A stretch of DNA of 64,000 nt from Vicinamibacteria bacterium (GCA_031412915.1 JANODX010000054.1:13126-77125); one strand, 5' to 3'; shown: positions 17,420 through 26,663, numbered from the stretch's first letter. The notes: generated by a model not told the origin, from the sequence alone. Numbers and translations are program-made.

Positions 17420-17962
17420 TCAAACCGGCTCGCCTTCCGAAGCGGCGCTTAGATCGGGCCAGGCCCTGTCCTTGGCCGATACGAGGAGCGGGCGGACCGG
17501 CCACGAGATTCCAATGGTTGGATCGTCCCAGCGAATGCCGCGTTCCCTCTCGGGGTCATGGAACGAAGTACTCGAGTAATGAACCTCCGTGGCGTCAAGA
17601 AGGCTCATGAAGCCGTGCGCGATCCCCTCGGAAACATACAGACCGTCGTCTCGGTCCGCCCGCAACTCGAAACCCGCCCATTCGCCCCTGGACGCCGAGC
17701 CCGGCCGGACGTCAACACACGCGTCGAAGATCGCGCCCTTTGTGCAACGAACCAGTTTGGCTTCGGCCGAGGGCGGCAATTGATAATGAAGACCGCGAAG
17801 TGTAAGGGCCCGCGTGGTCCTTGATACGTTCACCTGAACGAAGTCCGATCGGAGACCCGAAAGATGCAGCTCCGACGCGGTCCAGGCATGTCCGAACTCA
17901 CCGCGGTCGTCCACGAGCCAATCGACGCTCAACCGGAAAACGCCGGCGAGCCGCGTCGGGAC
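17420..17962 (-). CDS. NDP-4-keto-6-deoxyhexose 3,5-epimerase (RmlC-like cupin)
   Basis: 'RGLHYQ', 'AKLVRCTKGAIFDACVDVRPGS...', 'YVSEGIAHGFMSLLDATEVHY' and 'DPERERGIRWDDPTIGISWP' are RmlC-family motifs. The track ORF runs to 18067 and overlaps the C-MT gene. GTG at 17960-17962 gives about 180 aa, typical for this family. Confidence 0.75.
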   Translation of the reverse strand, partial: VPTRLAGVFRLSVDWLVDDRGEFGHAWTASELHLSGLRSDFVQVNVSRTTRALTLRGLHYQLPPSAEAKLVRCTKGAIFDACVDVRPGSASRGEWAGFELRADRDDGLYVSEGIAHGFMSLLDATEVHYSSTSFHDPERERGIRWDDPTIGISWPVRPLLVSAKDRAWPDLSAASEGEPV

Positions 17963-17967
17963 AACTC

Positions 17968-19209
17968 TCACGGAAGAACAACCGGTTCCGGAATGGGCAC
18001 GATGAACTTCCCGCCCCACTCCCGGATAAATGACAGTTGCTCGATGATCTCCGTCCGGAGGTTCCAAGGAAGGATGAGGACGAAATCGGGGCGATCCTCT
18101 TTGATCCGGTCGGGGTGCTTGATGGCGATATGCACTCCCGGCACAAAGCGGCCCTGCTTGGTGGGGCTCAAGTCGACGGTGTAGTCGATCAGGTCGGAGC
18201 GAATGCCGCAGTAGTTGAGCAGGACCGAGCCCTTTCCGGGGGCGCCGTAGCCCACGATGCGCCGCCCGGATTCCTTCAGATCAAAGAGAAGACGCAGGAG
18301 ATCCCGCCGGACCTTTGTGGCGCGCCCGGCAAAACCAGCGTACCCGCCGGGTCGATCGAGCCCCGCATCGCTCTCGGCCGCGAGGACGGCAGCGACGCTC
18401 GGATCGACGACCTTCGTGTCTTCGGCGTGGCGAGCCCAGACCCGAATAGACCCGCCGTGGGTGGACAAGTCCGCGACTTCAACCACGACTAGGCCGTGGG
18501 CCGCGAAAATGCGCTGAACGGCGTGAAGGGAGAGATACGAGAAGTGCTCGTGGAATACCTGATCGAACTGGTTCCCCAGGAAGGTGCGGAGCAGATGGGG
18601 AAACTCGAAGGATGCCGATCCGCCTTTTCGAAGGAGAATCCGCACGCCGACCGCGAAGTCGTTCAGGTTCGGCACGTGCGCCAGGACGTTGTTGCCCACA
18701 AGCAGGTCGGCCGAAACCCCTTCGGCCACGAGCTGCGTCGCGGCGGCTTTCCCGAAGAACCGGGTTCGAGTGTCGATTCCCTTCGCTCGGGCCAGGGTCG
18801 CGATATTCGCGGCCGGTTCAACGCCCAGCACCTTGATTCCCAGTCGCAAAAAGTGCTGGAGGAGATAGCCGTCGTTGCTCGCCACCTCCACCACCGTGCT
18901 TCGAGAATCGAGGCCGAGCTTCACGGTTGCGGACTCGGCGAAGCGCTCCGCGTGCCGGAGCCACGACGAGGACGTGGAGGAAAGGTAGGGATAGTCGCCA
19001 AACAACTTTTCTGGAGTCTCGGCCTGGGGGAGCTGAACAAGGAGGCACGAGTCGCACACGAAGGCGCGGAGCGGGTAAAAGGGCTCCATCCTCACGAGGT
19101 CTTCCTCGAGTAGATACGAGCTCACCAAAGGCGACATCCCGAGGTCGACAAAGACACGGCCCAGCGGCGCTCGACAGAAGGCGCATGAAGGCAAAGCCGA
19201 CTCGGTCAC
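17968..19209 (-). CDS. NDP-hexose C-methyltransferase (TylC3/EvaC/NovU-type: N-terminal zinc ribbon + MT + C-MT C-terminal domain)
   Basis: 413 aa. 'CAFCRAPLGRVFVDLGMSPLVSSYL...FVCDSCLLVQL' is the zinc-binding N-terminus. 'VVEVASNDGYLLQHF' is motif I. 'LLVGNNVLAHVPNLNDF', 'GGSIRVWARH' and the C-terminus 'IVGYGAPGKGSVLLNYCGI...FIVPIPEP' match the sugar 3-C/5-C-methyltransferase architecture. Confidence 0.75.
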   Translation of the reverse strand: MTESALPSCAFCRAPLGRVFVDLGMSPLVSSYLLEEDLVRMEPFYPLRAFVCDSCLLVQLPQAETPEKLFGDYPYLSSTSSSWLRHAERFAESATVKLGLDSRSTVVEVASNDGYLLQHFLRLGIKVLGVEPAANIATLARAKGIDTRTRFFGKAAATQLVAEGVSADLLVGNNVLAHVPNLNDFAVGVRILLRKGGSASFEFPHLLRTFLGNQFDQVFHEHFSYLSLHAVQRIFAAHGLVVVEVADLSTHGGSIRVWARHAEDTKVVDPSVAAVLAAESDAGLDRPGGYAGFAGRATKVRRDLLRLLFDLKESGRRIVGYGAPGKGSVLLNYCGIRSDLIDYTVDLSPTKQGRFVPGVHIAIKHPDRIKEDRPDFVLILPWNLRTEIIEQLSFIREWGGKFIVPIPEPVVLP

Positions 19210-19970
19210 GCCCAGGTCTTCCAGGGCGCCCCGTTTCGCCAGAGTTCCTCAAGATGTTGACGGTCTCTTATGGTGTCCATAGGATGCCAGAAACCTCGAT
19301 GCTGATAGGCGCTCAGCTGGCCCTTGCGGGCGAGGCTTCGAAGGGGTTCGCCTTCGAAGCTGGACTTATCGTTCCGAATCTCATCCAGTACTCGGGGCGA
19401 GAGAACGAAGAACCCCGCGTTGATCCACTCATCCGGGCTGACCGGCTTTTCGCGGAAGCGCACCACCCGACCCTTCTTCAACGACAACACACCATAACGC
19501 GATGGGGGATTGACCGCGGTGAGTGTGGCCAGGCGCCCCTGTGCCTTGTGGAATCGCACCAGACGCGTGATGTTCACGTCCCCCACGCCATCGCCGTAGG
19601 TCAGGCAGAAGTCCCCGTCCAGATAGGGCCGAACATAGAGGAGCCGCCCGCCGGTGCCGGACTCCAACCCGGTCTCCACGAGCGTGACCTTCCACGGCTC
19701 CGCCGTGCCATTGCAAAGTTGGGTGGCTCCGGTCCCGAGGTCGAAGGTCACGTCAGAATGACGCAGGGCGTAGCCGGAAAAGTACTGCTTGATCTCGTAG
19801 CTTCTGTATCCGCAGCAGACGATGAATTCGGAGAATCCATGCGCGGCATAGGTCTTCATGATGTGCCACAAGATTGGACGGCCCCCGATCTCCACCATGG
19901 GCTTGGGGACCCTGTGTGTCTCCTCGGACAGGCGCGTTCCCAACCCTCCCGCGAGAATGACGACTTTCAT
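19206..19970 (-). CDS. rfbF: Glucose-1-phosphate cytidylyltransferase
   Basis: 'MKVVILAGGLGTRLSEETHRVPKPMVEIGGRPILWHIMKTYAAHGFSEFIVCCGYRSYEIKQYFSGY' is nearly the canonical RfbF N-terminus. 254 aa. Confidence 0.9.
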   Translation of the reverse strand: MKVVILAGGLGTRLSEETHRVPKPMVEIGGRPILWHIMKTYAAHGFSEFIVCCGYRSYEIKQYFSGYALRHSDVTFDLGTGATQLCNGTAEPWKVTLVETGLESGTGGRLLYVRPYLDGDFCLTYGDGVGDVNITRLVRFHKAQGRLATLTAVNPPSRYGVLSLKKGRVVRFREKPVSPDEWINAGFFVLSPRVLDEIRNDKSSFEGEPLRSLARKGQLSAYQHRGFWHPMDTIRDRQHLEELWRNGAPWKTWA

Positions 19971-20563
19971 GCCTTTGATCGTGAGAGTCTAAGGCGGGAG
20001 TGACCCGCTCGGCAAGAAGATGGACCAGTCGATGATGGAGATAGCATTCGCCCGATATCTCATGCCCACAAAGTTGATTGTATCGGCTGGTGTTCTGGGT
20101 GTAACTCTGTCGACGATATATGACCCTGTGGTAGTGGACAGATTCCACGCAGCGCCAAATCCGCCTGAAGAGGTAGGCAAGGTGGAAAAGCCAGACCTGC
20201 CCCTCGCCAGCAGTTGATACAAACGGTGCGCGGGGAGGCAGGAGCGAACACGCACCACGAAGCCCTCCGTAGCTCTGGTCGCGAAGCACGCCTGCCTACA
20301 CATTCACTCGCTGTTCGTATCCGGCGTTGCCCGGAAAGAAAGGGGCCAAGTAGAGGAGCTTGCGCGTCTTCCGCGTGCGGCGACTGCGCTCGCAAAGCTG
20401 GCAACCCGGCATGCCCGAGCGATCAGGGCAAGGGCCGCGCCACGAGGAAACCCAGCACATCAAGCCAAGGTATACGGCGTGTGAAGGGGCTCTCCCTAGT
20501 TGCAGCATCTACGATTTCCTCACACTCCGCGTCCGGTAGGAGGGGTCCGCGCCGTCTCGTCAT
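19971..20563. promoter_or_regulatory. About 590-bp intergenic region of lower GC upstream of the rfbF-C-MT-epimerase-reductase operon (minus strand)
   Basis: No convincing CDS. The small ORF 20020..20217 has GC3 of only about 58%, counted by hand. The region is A/T-richer than its surroundings and lies directly 5' of rfbF, between two minus-strand operons. Confidence 0.35.
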
Positions 20564-21253
20564 TCATGTTGTGAGTTGGTGCTCCCCACGACGGACACGA
20601 GCGGCTTCCAGGAACTTCATCGGATGGGGGAAGTGCTCACTTAGCGCGCGGATGTCCGCGTCATCCCAGGTCCACCACCGCGATTCGAGAAGCTGGGATC
20701 GGAGCGGCTCTTCGAAGCGATAGCCTTTGACGCGGGCGGGCACACCAACCACAAGGGCGTAAGGCGGTACGTCTTTGGTAACCACGGCGCCGGCACCCAC
20801 GACGGCCCCGTGGCCGATCCTTACCCCGGCCAGGATAAGTGCGCCGGCGGACAGGAGAACGTCGGCACCAATCTCGACCTGGCTTGGGGTCTCGCGGGTG
20901 TCCGCCGTGACCCAGCCCCGCCCTGGGTTGGAGAAGAGGTGGCTCGTGCCCAGATGCCCAAGGGCGTGGTTTTCCAACCCGACCCGGCACGCCTGCGAAA
21001 TACAGGAGAAGGCGCCGATGCGGGCGCAGGCCAGGATCGCCGTCCCTTCCCCTATATAGGCGTAACGGTCGATCGTACGGAGCGAGGCTGTTACGGAGAC
21101 GTTGCCTCGAATGATGACACCCCTGCCCACGGCAACGGAGGGGGGCAAGAGGGAGTCGATACTGCAGGATGGAAATTGCCGAGGGTAGAGGAGGCGTATT
21201 TTGAGGTAGGTCTTGATGTCGGCACTCACCCTCTCAATACCGCGCATAGTCAT
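20564..21253 (-). CDS. Hexapeptide-repeat (LbetaH) acetyltransferase, CatB-like; paralogue of 7062..7709
   Basis: 'IGADVLLSAGALILAGVRIGHGAVVGAGAVVTKDVPPYALVVGVPARVKGYRF' and C-terminal 'RWWTWDD'. Confidence 0.75.
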   Translation of the reverse strand: MTMRGIERVSADIKTYLKIRLLYPRQFPSCSIDSLLPPSVAVGRGVIIRGNVSVTASLRTIDRYAYIGEGTAILACARIGAFSCISQACRVGLENHALGHLGTSHLFSNPGRGWVTADTRETPSQVEIGADVLLSAGALILAGVRIGHGAVVGAGAVVTKDVPPYALVVGVPARVKGYRFEEPLRSQLLESRWWTWDDADIRALSEHFPHPMKFLEAARVRRGEHQLTT

Positions 21254-22479
21254 CGCCGAAACGTCCTCTCGAGGAGAGCGAGAAGGCGCACCTTCTCGAC
21301 CTCCCAGTTGTACCGCTGGAGATGCGCTCGCCGTCCATTCTCACCGCGGCGGCGCATTTCATCGGGGTCCTGGAATACTGCCATAATCGAGGCGGCGATG
21401 GCCTCGGGGCTGGTGTCGGGAAGAAGAAAGCCTGAATCACATTCGTCCACGACCCGCCGGTTCTCTGGGAGGTCGCTAACAAGCATCGGTATTCCCGCGG
21501 CCATGTATTCGAATAGCTTGTTGGCAGAAGCGAGTCGCTTGCTCTCGTTTATTGCCTCCAGCACCAGCATTCCGAGGTCTCCTCCAGCCGTCCAGGCAAC
21601 GAGGTGTTCCTGAGGGACTGCATCCAGGAAGCGTACGCGCTCTGAAAGGTTCCGGTCACGGACGAGCGTAAGGAGGGTCTCTCGGAGCGGACCATCGCCA
21701 AGCAAGATGATGCGCATCCGCTCGTCGAGGTGCTCCGCTGAGAGAACCAGTTGCGACAGCCCTCGGCCAGAGTTCATCATCCCCTGATATAGGACAACCC
21801 GGTCGCCGGGCGACAGGCCGAGCGCATCGCGAATCCGGTTGCGGGAAGGGACCGACTTGACAGTTTCGGGACAATTCCGGATCACGTCGACCTGCTCTCT
21901 TCCATACGTCGAGCGGAAATACGATGCGTAGCTTTCGTTCGTTGTGACGAATAGATCTACCTCGCGGATGAGTCGCTGCTCATGGCGCCCGCCAATTCTC
22001 CGGGCCAGGTCGACTAGCAGGCTGAAGATGAACGACTTGGGAAACCGCGCGACGGACGGATAGAACTGGTTTACAGTCGCCAGGTAGATCTCGTGCGAGT
22101 CGTAGGCAAGGCGCGCTCCGCGCGCCCGCGCGATTCGTGCTGCTGGCGACAGCGTTGGGTAGTCGTTCGCATAGACGAGATCGTAGGAGTCACCCGTATC
22201 GAGCGCCGCTTTGACAAAGGCATCGAAGTGTCGATGGAGAAGGAGATACCGCCGCAAGCCGCGCGGTTGGAAGAGCGCCGGGTCAAGCGCCCGCAGAATC
22301 ACGCGTTCGTCGAACAGCCCCGCCCCCTCGAACCGTCCCTGTTCACAGAACAGAGAGACTTTCGCGATTCTGCTCGCTGTCCGCACAAAACGGGTCACGC
22401 GGGCGTCTAGGCCCACTGGACCGTTTAGCAACACACAGATGTGCTTCATCGGATCGGTGGAAGCCAATTGCGCCCTCAC
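21250..22479 (-). CDS. Glycosyltransferase family 4 (GT-B)
   Basis: C-terminal domain 'ILLGDGPLRETL...RVRFLDAVPQEHLVAWTAGGDLGMLVLEAINESKRLASANKLFEYMAAGIPMLVSDLPENRRVV' carries the EX7E-like motif region. Confidence 0.8.
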   Translation of the reverse strand: MRAQLASTDPMKHICVLLNGPVGLDARVTRFVRTASRIAKVSLFCEQGRFEGAGLFDERVILRALDPALFQPRGLRRYLLLHRHFDAFVKAALDTGDSYDLVYANDYPTLSPAARIARARGARLAYDSHEIYLATVNQFYPSVARFPKSFIFSLLVDLARRIGGRHEQRLIREVDLFVTTNESYASYFRSTYGREQVDVIRNCPETVKSVPSRNRIRDALGLSPGDRVVLYQGMMNSGRGLSQLVLSAEHLDERMRIILLGDGPLRETLLTLVRDRNLSERVRFLDAVPQEHLVAWTAGGDLGMLVLEAINESKRLASANKLFEYMAAGIPMLVSDLPENRRVVDECDSGFLLPDTSPEAIAASIMAVFQDPDEMRRRGENGRRAHLQRYNWEVEKVRLLALLERTFRR

Positions 22480-22952
22480 AGAGAGCGGGGGACGGGGGCT
22501 GTGCGTGCCACCTCACTGTGCCCGTTGGTCGAATCCTTGTCGGTCATATGCTTTTGGCATAAACGATTCTGGCACGGTCTGGCCCTCCCGCTATTCCGCT
22601 CGATGCCTCCGCTCGACGCTGCCACTCATTTCCCCCTTGGGGAACGGCTGCGGATCTCCGATCAAGCTATCAGCCTTCAAGGGGAGCCCATTCTCTAGAT
22701 CAGGGGACGTGAACTATAGAATCGACCCTGGTGAATTTTTCGTGATCAAGAATGAACTCAGGGAGAAGAACCGGTCGACCCCAAAGCTCCAGCATGGATC
22801 GCGGCAGCCACCCGGATATGGGACCTATCCACTCCCATCGGACCGGGCGCTCTCGTGAAGGACCCGTCTGGCCGGCTCTCCGTCCCTTCGGGCCTGACCT
22901 GGTTCACGAAGCGCTCTTCCTTGCTGGTTCCCATCCCTTACCCTCCGCTCTT

Positions 22953-24146
22953 ATGAAAAAGGTGTGCGTCTTGCTCCCGTGGTCCGTCTCGAGCGACAGT
23001 CGCGCCCAGCGGACGATCCGCACCATGTCCCGCCACGCCGAGGTCCACCTCTACTTCGTCCCCAAGAGCCCCGCCGACACCGGTGGCGACATCCACGCTG
23101 GCAGGAACTTCCGCCTCATCCCCATCCCCCACGCCACAGGCCGCCTCGACTGGGCGCTCCGGAACTCGTTCTTCTACTTCGAGACGAGGTACCTGTCCGA
23201 CGCCGTCGAGGCGACCGGCGAGAGGTACGACATCGTATACGCCCACGACCTGCACTCCGCCTACCCGGCGCAGACGATTGCCCGAAAGCAGGGCGCCAAG
23301 ATCCTCTACGACGTCCACGACCTCACAATCGAGACCATCAACCAGGGCTTCCCCGAGACTGCTCCCCTCCACAAGAGGGTCAAGTACGCCCTGGCTAAGT
23401 GGGTCATGAGGACCGCCGCAACCCGGTGGGAAAGGGCCTTCATCCGGAAGGCCGACCTCGTCCTCGCCCCCACGGAGTCTTGGCTCGGCCACCTCCGGGA
23501 GTGCTATGGCATCGCAGGTGGCCTCGTCGTCCCCAACTTCCCGGAGTACCGGGAGGTCCAGCGCACCGAACGACTCCACTACGACGCCGGACTCCCCCGC
23601 GCCACCCGCATCGCGCTCTACCACGGGTCCCTCGGCCGGGGCCGCTACCTCCAGGAGATCGTCCGCAGCGCGGAGCATCTCGCCGAGGGCAACGCTCTCG
23701 TCCTCGTCGGCAACGGACCCCTCCTCCCGGAACTCAAGGCCGTGGCCCCACCGAAGGTCCGGTTCCTCGACTTCGTCCCCTACGACGAACTCCTCCCCCT
23801 GGCCAGCGCAGCCTCCCTAGGCCTGATCCTCATCGACCATATCAACCTCTCGAAGAAGTACGCCCTGGCCAACAAGCTCACCGAGTACATGGCCTCCGGT
23901 GTCGCCGTCCTCGGCTCCGATTCCCCCGAGAACCGCCGGATCCTGACCGACGCCGACGCCGGGTACCTCTACCAGGTCACCACCCCCGAGGCCCTGGGCG
24001 CCCACATCAACGGCCTCCTGGCCAAGCCGGAGGACCTGGTCGAGAAGGGCCGCAACGGGCAGAGGGCCTTCCGCCATCGGTACCATTGGGAGGCCTGCGA
24101 GCCTCTCTTCGAACAGGCGTTCCTGAAACTCCTGAGTGCGCCGTGA
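22953..24146 (+). CDS. Glycosyltransferase family 4 (GT-B), divergently transcribed paralogue of 21250..22479
   Basis: 'MKKVCVLLPWSVSSDSRAQRTIRTM' parallels 'HICVLLNGPVGLDARVTRFVRTA' in the neighbour. C-terminus 'LVLVGNGPLLPELK...VRFLDFVPYDELLPL...LSKKYALANKLTEYMASGVAVLGSDSPENRRIL'. The track ORF 22752 start is upstream; ATG 22953 was chosen. Confidence 0.8.
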   Translation: MKKVCVLLPWSVSSDSRAQRTIRTMSRHAEVHLYFVPKSPADTGGDIHAGRNFRLIPIPHATGRLDWALRNSFFYFETRYLSDAVEATGERYDIVYAHDLHSAYPAQTIARKQGAKILYDVHDLTIETINQGFPETAPLHKRVKYALAKWVMRTAATRWERAFIRKADLVLAPTESWLGHLRECYGIAGGLVVPNFPEYREVQRTERLHYDAGLPRATRIALYHGSLGRGRYLQEIVRSAEHLAEGNALVLVGNGPLLPELKAVAPPKVRFLDFVPYDELLPLASAASLGLILIDHINLSKKYALANKLTEYMASGVAVLGSDSPENRRILTDADAGYLYQVTTPEALGAHINGLLAKPEDLVEKGRNGQRAFRHRYHWEACEPLFEQAFLKLLSAP

Positions 24147-24748
24147 TCACCATCGTCGACTACGGCATGGGGAACCTCGCCTCCATCGCCAACATGCTAA
24201 AGCGGATCGGTTGCCCCTCCGTCACGACCGCCGACCCCGCTGCCATTGCCGCGGCCACCCGTCTCATCCTTCCCGGCGTGGGGGCCTTCGACACCGGAAT
24301 GCGGAACCTCCGAGAGCGGGGGGTCGTAGAGGTCCTGGAGAAGCGGGTCCGCGGCGACGGGGTCCCCCTCCTCGGCATCTGCCTCGGCATGCAGCTCCTC
24401 GCCTGGTCCAGCGAGGAGGGGGAGCTGCCCGGCCTCGGGTGGCTGGAGGCCACCGCCGTCCGTTTCCGGGGGCCGGGCATCAAGGTTCCTCACATGGGCT
24501 GGAACACCGTGCGGCCCCGGACGCCCGGCGGCCTGTTCGAGGGATTGGCCGATCCCCCCCGGTTCTACTTCGTCCACGCCTACCACCTGCGCCTCGACCG
24601 CCCGGAGGACCTCCTCGGCGAGACCGACCACGGAGGCCCTTTCCCCTCGGCCGTCCGGTCCGGCAATCTCCTCGGGGTCCAGTTCCATCCCGAGAAGAGC
24701 CATCGGTTCGGCATGGGGCTGCTGCGGAACTTCGCCGGGATCGCCTGA
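24143..24748 (+). CDS. Glutamine amidotransferase HisH homologue of the LPS/EPS type (WbuY-like)
   Basis: 'ITIVDYGMGNLASIANMLKRIG', 'ILPGVGAFDTGMRNL', 'LLGICLGMQLL' (catalytic Cys) and 'HMGWN...FYFVHAYH'. The GTG start overlaps the GT4 stop as gTGA. The gene sits in the alternate frame of the long track ORF 23399..24748. Confidence 0.85.
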   Translation: MITIVDYGMGNLASIANMLKRIGCPSVTTADPAAIAAATRLILPGVGAFDTGMRNLRERGVVEVLEKRVRGDGVPLLGICLGMQLLAWSSEEGELPGLGWLEATAVRFRGPGIKVPHMGWNTVRPRTPGGLFEGLADPPRFYFVHAYHLRLDRPEDLLGETDHGGPFPSAVRSGNLLGVQFHPEKSHRFGMGLLRNFAGIA

Positions 24749-25503
24749 TGCTGGGAATGCGGGTGATCCCGGTCCTGCTGCTCGCCGAGGACGGACTGGT
24801 CAAGACCGTCCGGTACAAGACGCCCACCTACGTCGGGGATCCCATCAATGCCGTGCGGATCTTCAACGAGAAGGAGGTGGACGAGATCTTCGTTCTGGAC
24901 ATTCGGGCAACACCGGAGGGTCGGGGCCCGGATTTCGAGCGGATCCGGGAGCTGGCGGGGGAGTGCTTTATGCCCCTTGGCTACGGCGGCGGGGTGCGGA
25001 CCCTCGGTGACATCGACCGCTTGATCGCGGTCGGCGTCGAGAAGGTCGCCGTTAACTCTCGCGCCGTCGAGGAGCCAGGTTTCATGAAAGAGGCGGCTGA
25101 CCGGTTCGGATCCTCCACGCTCGTTGCCTCCATCGACGTGAAGACGGGTTTTTTCGGCCGCACAACCGTGTGGAGCGCGGGCGGGAAGCGTGACTCGAAA
25201 CGCGACCCCGCGGAGTTCGCGAAGACCATGGAGGGAATGGGGGCCGGGGAGATCCTCCTCAACTCCATCGACCGGGACGGGACCTTCTCCGGCTACGACC
25301 TTGACCTCATCCGCCGGGTGGCCGACGCAGCTTCCGTTCCCGTGGTCGCCTGCGGAGGGGCTGGGAGCCTCGGGGACCTCCATCGCGCCATCGGCGCTCA
25401 TGCCTCGGCTGCGGCAGCCGGCAGCCTCTTCGTCTTCCAGGGTCCCCACCGCGCGGTCCTCATATCGTACCCCTCGCCCAACGACCTCGAGGCGGCCCGG
25501 TGA
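24748..25503 (+). CDS. Imidazole-glycerol-phosphate synthase cyclase-subunit HisF homologue (WbuZ-like)
   Basis: 'RVIPVLLLAEDGLVKTVRYKTPTYVGDPINAVRIFNEKEVDEIFVLDI', 'SIDVKTGFF' and 'GAGEILLNSIDRDGTFSGYDLDLIRRVADAASVPVVACGGAGSLGDL'. Its ATG overlaps the hisH-like stop as tgATG. Confidence 0.85.
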   Translation: MLGMRVIPVLLLAEDGLVKTVRYKTPTYVGDPINAVRIFNEKEVDEIFVLDIRATPEGRGPDFERIRELAGECFMPLGYGGGVRTLGDIDRLIAVGVEKVAVNSRAVEEPGFMKEAADRFGSSTLVASIDVKTGFFGRTTVWSAGGKRDSKRDPAEFAKTMEGMGAGEILLNSIDRDGTFSGYDLDLIRRVADAASVPVVACGGAGSLGDLHRAIGAHASAAAAGSLFVFQGPHRAVLISYPSPNDLEAAR

Positions 25504-26606
25504 CCCGTGAGTGCTCCCGCTGCGTCCTCCGGGTGGAGGATGATCCGGACCTCCAATTCGATTCGGAGGGACTCTGTTCCTTCTGCCGCCACTACGACGC
25601 CCGGATCCGGCGAACGATCGACCCCGGGGAGTTGGGCCGGATCATGGACGAGGTGAAGCAGAAGGGGACGGGCCAGCCCTACGACTGCGTCATCGGCCTC
25701 AGTGGCGGAGTCGACAGCTCCTGGGTGCTCCTCCTCGCCCGGAAGCACGGCCTCCGTCCGCTGGTGGTGCACCTGGACAACGGCTGGAACTCGGAACTGG
25801 CGGTCAGCAATATCGAGAACCTAGTGAAGCGCCTCAGCGCGGACCTCTATACATACGTCATCTCATGGGGGGAGTTCCGGGACCTGCAGCTCTCCTACTT
25901 CAAGGCTTCGGTCGTGGATATTGAGGCGGTCTCGGACCACGCGATCTTCGCCTGCCTCTACCGAGTCGCGGCGGCCAAGGGGATTCGGTTCGTGCTGAAC
26001 GGGACCAACCTTGCGACGGAGGGGTTTCTGCCGGCCTCTTGGGTGCACAACAAGCTCGACCTCACAAACCTCCGTTCCATCCACCGCGCCCACGGCTCAG
26101 TACCCCTGAAGACCTTCCCGACAATGGGGGTGCTTCGGCACTGGTGGTACACGAAGGTCCGCGGGATCCGGTCTGTGGCGCTCCTCGACCACACGCTCTA
26201 CGTGAAGGACGAGGCGAAGAAGGCTCTGGCGGCGCAGGTGGGCTGGCGGGACTACGGCGGGAAGCACTACGAGTCGGTATTCACGCGCTTCTATCAAGCG
26301 TACATCCTTCCCCGGAAGTTCGGCATCGACAAGCGGCGGTCCCACTTCTCGACGCTGATCTGCGCGGGACAGATGACGCGAGAGGAAGCGCTGGCGGCGC
26401 TGGCGAAGCCCATCTGCGACCCGGGGCAGCTAGCGGTGGACCGGGAGTTCGTGATGAAGAAGCTAGGTTTCGACGAGGCCTCGTTCGAGGCGTACATGCG
26501 GGTGCCGCCGCGGTCGCACTTCGCGTACGGGTCCCACCTGAAGATCTACCGGGCGCTGCGGCCCCTGGTGCGGCTGTGGCGGAAGCTGAGACCGCGGCAG
26601 GTGTGA
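25500..26606 (+). CDS. N-acetyl sugar amidotransferase (PP-loop ATP pyrophosphatase; WbpG/WbuX/LfnA-like)
   Basis: 'CSRCVL...GLCSFC' is the zinc ribbon. 'CVIGLSGGVDSSWVLLLARKHGLRPLVVHLDNGWNSELAVSNIENLVKRL' is the PP-loop SGGxDS. Canonical gene order hisH-hisF-amidotransferase. Confidence 0.8.
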   Translation: MTRECSRCVLRVEDDPDLQFDSEGLCSFCRHYDARIRRTIDPGELGRIMDEVKQKGTGQPYDCVIGLSGGVDSSWVLLLARKHGLRPLVVHLDNGWNSELAVSNIENLVKRLSADLYTYVISWGEFRDLQLSYFKASVVDIEAVSDHAIFACLYRVAAAKGIRFVLNGTNLATEGFLPASWVHNKLDLTNLRSIHRAHGSVPLKTFPTMGVLRHWWYTKVRGIRSVALLDHTLYVKDEAKKALAAQVGWRDYGGKHYESVFTRFYQAYILPRKFGIDKRRSHFSTLICAGQMTREEALAALAKPICDPGQLAVDREFVMKKLGFDEASFEAYMRVPPRSHFAYGSHLKIYRALRPLVRLWRKLRPRQV

Positions 26607-26663
26607 AGCGGTAGACCCGAAGTTGCTACGCGCTTCTCCACAAGGGATCACGGGCCCGGCGCT

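Noticed and set aside
20020-20217. 65-aa plus-strand ORF in the rfbF upstream region
   Set aside because: Low GC3 (about 58%) relative to neighbouring genes. No recognisable motifs. It lies in a promoter-like, A/T-richer stretch.
23399-24748. 449-aa ORF spanning GT4, hisH-like and beyond; also 24136..25503 (455 aa) N-terminal half
   Set aside because: Pro/Arg/Gly-rich low-complexity translation in the alternate frame of a GC-rich gene. The real genes are GT4 (22953..24146), hisH-like (24143..24748) and hisF-like (24748..25503) with strong family motifs.
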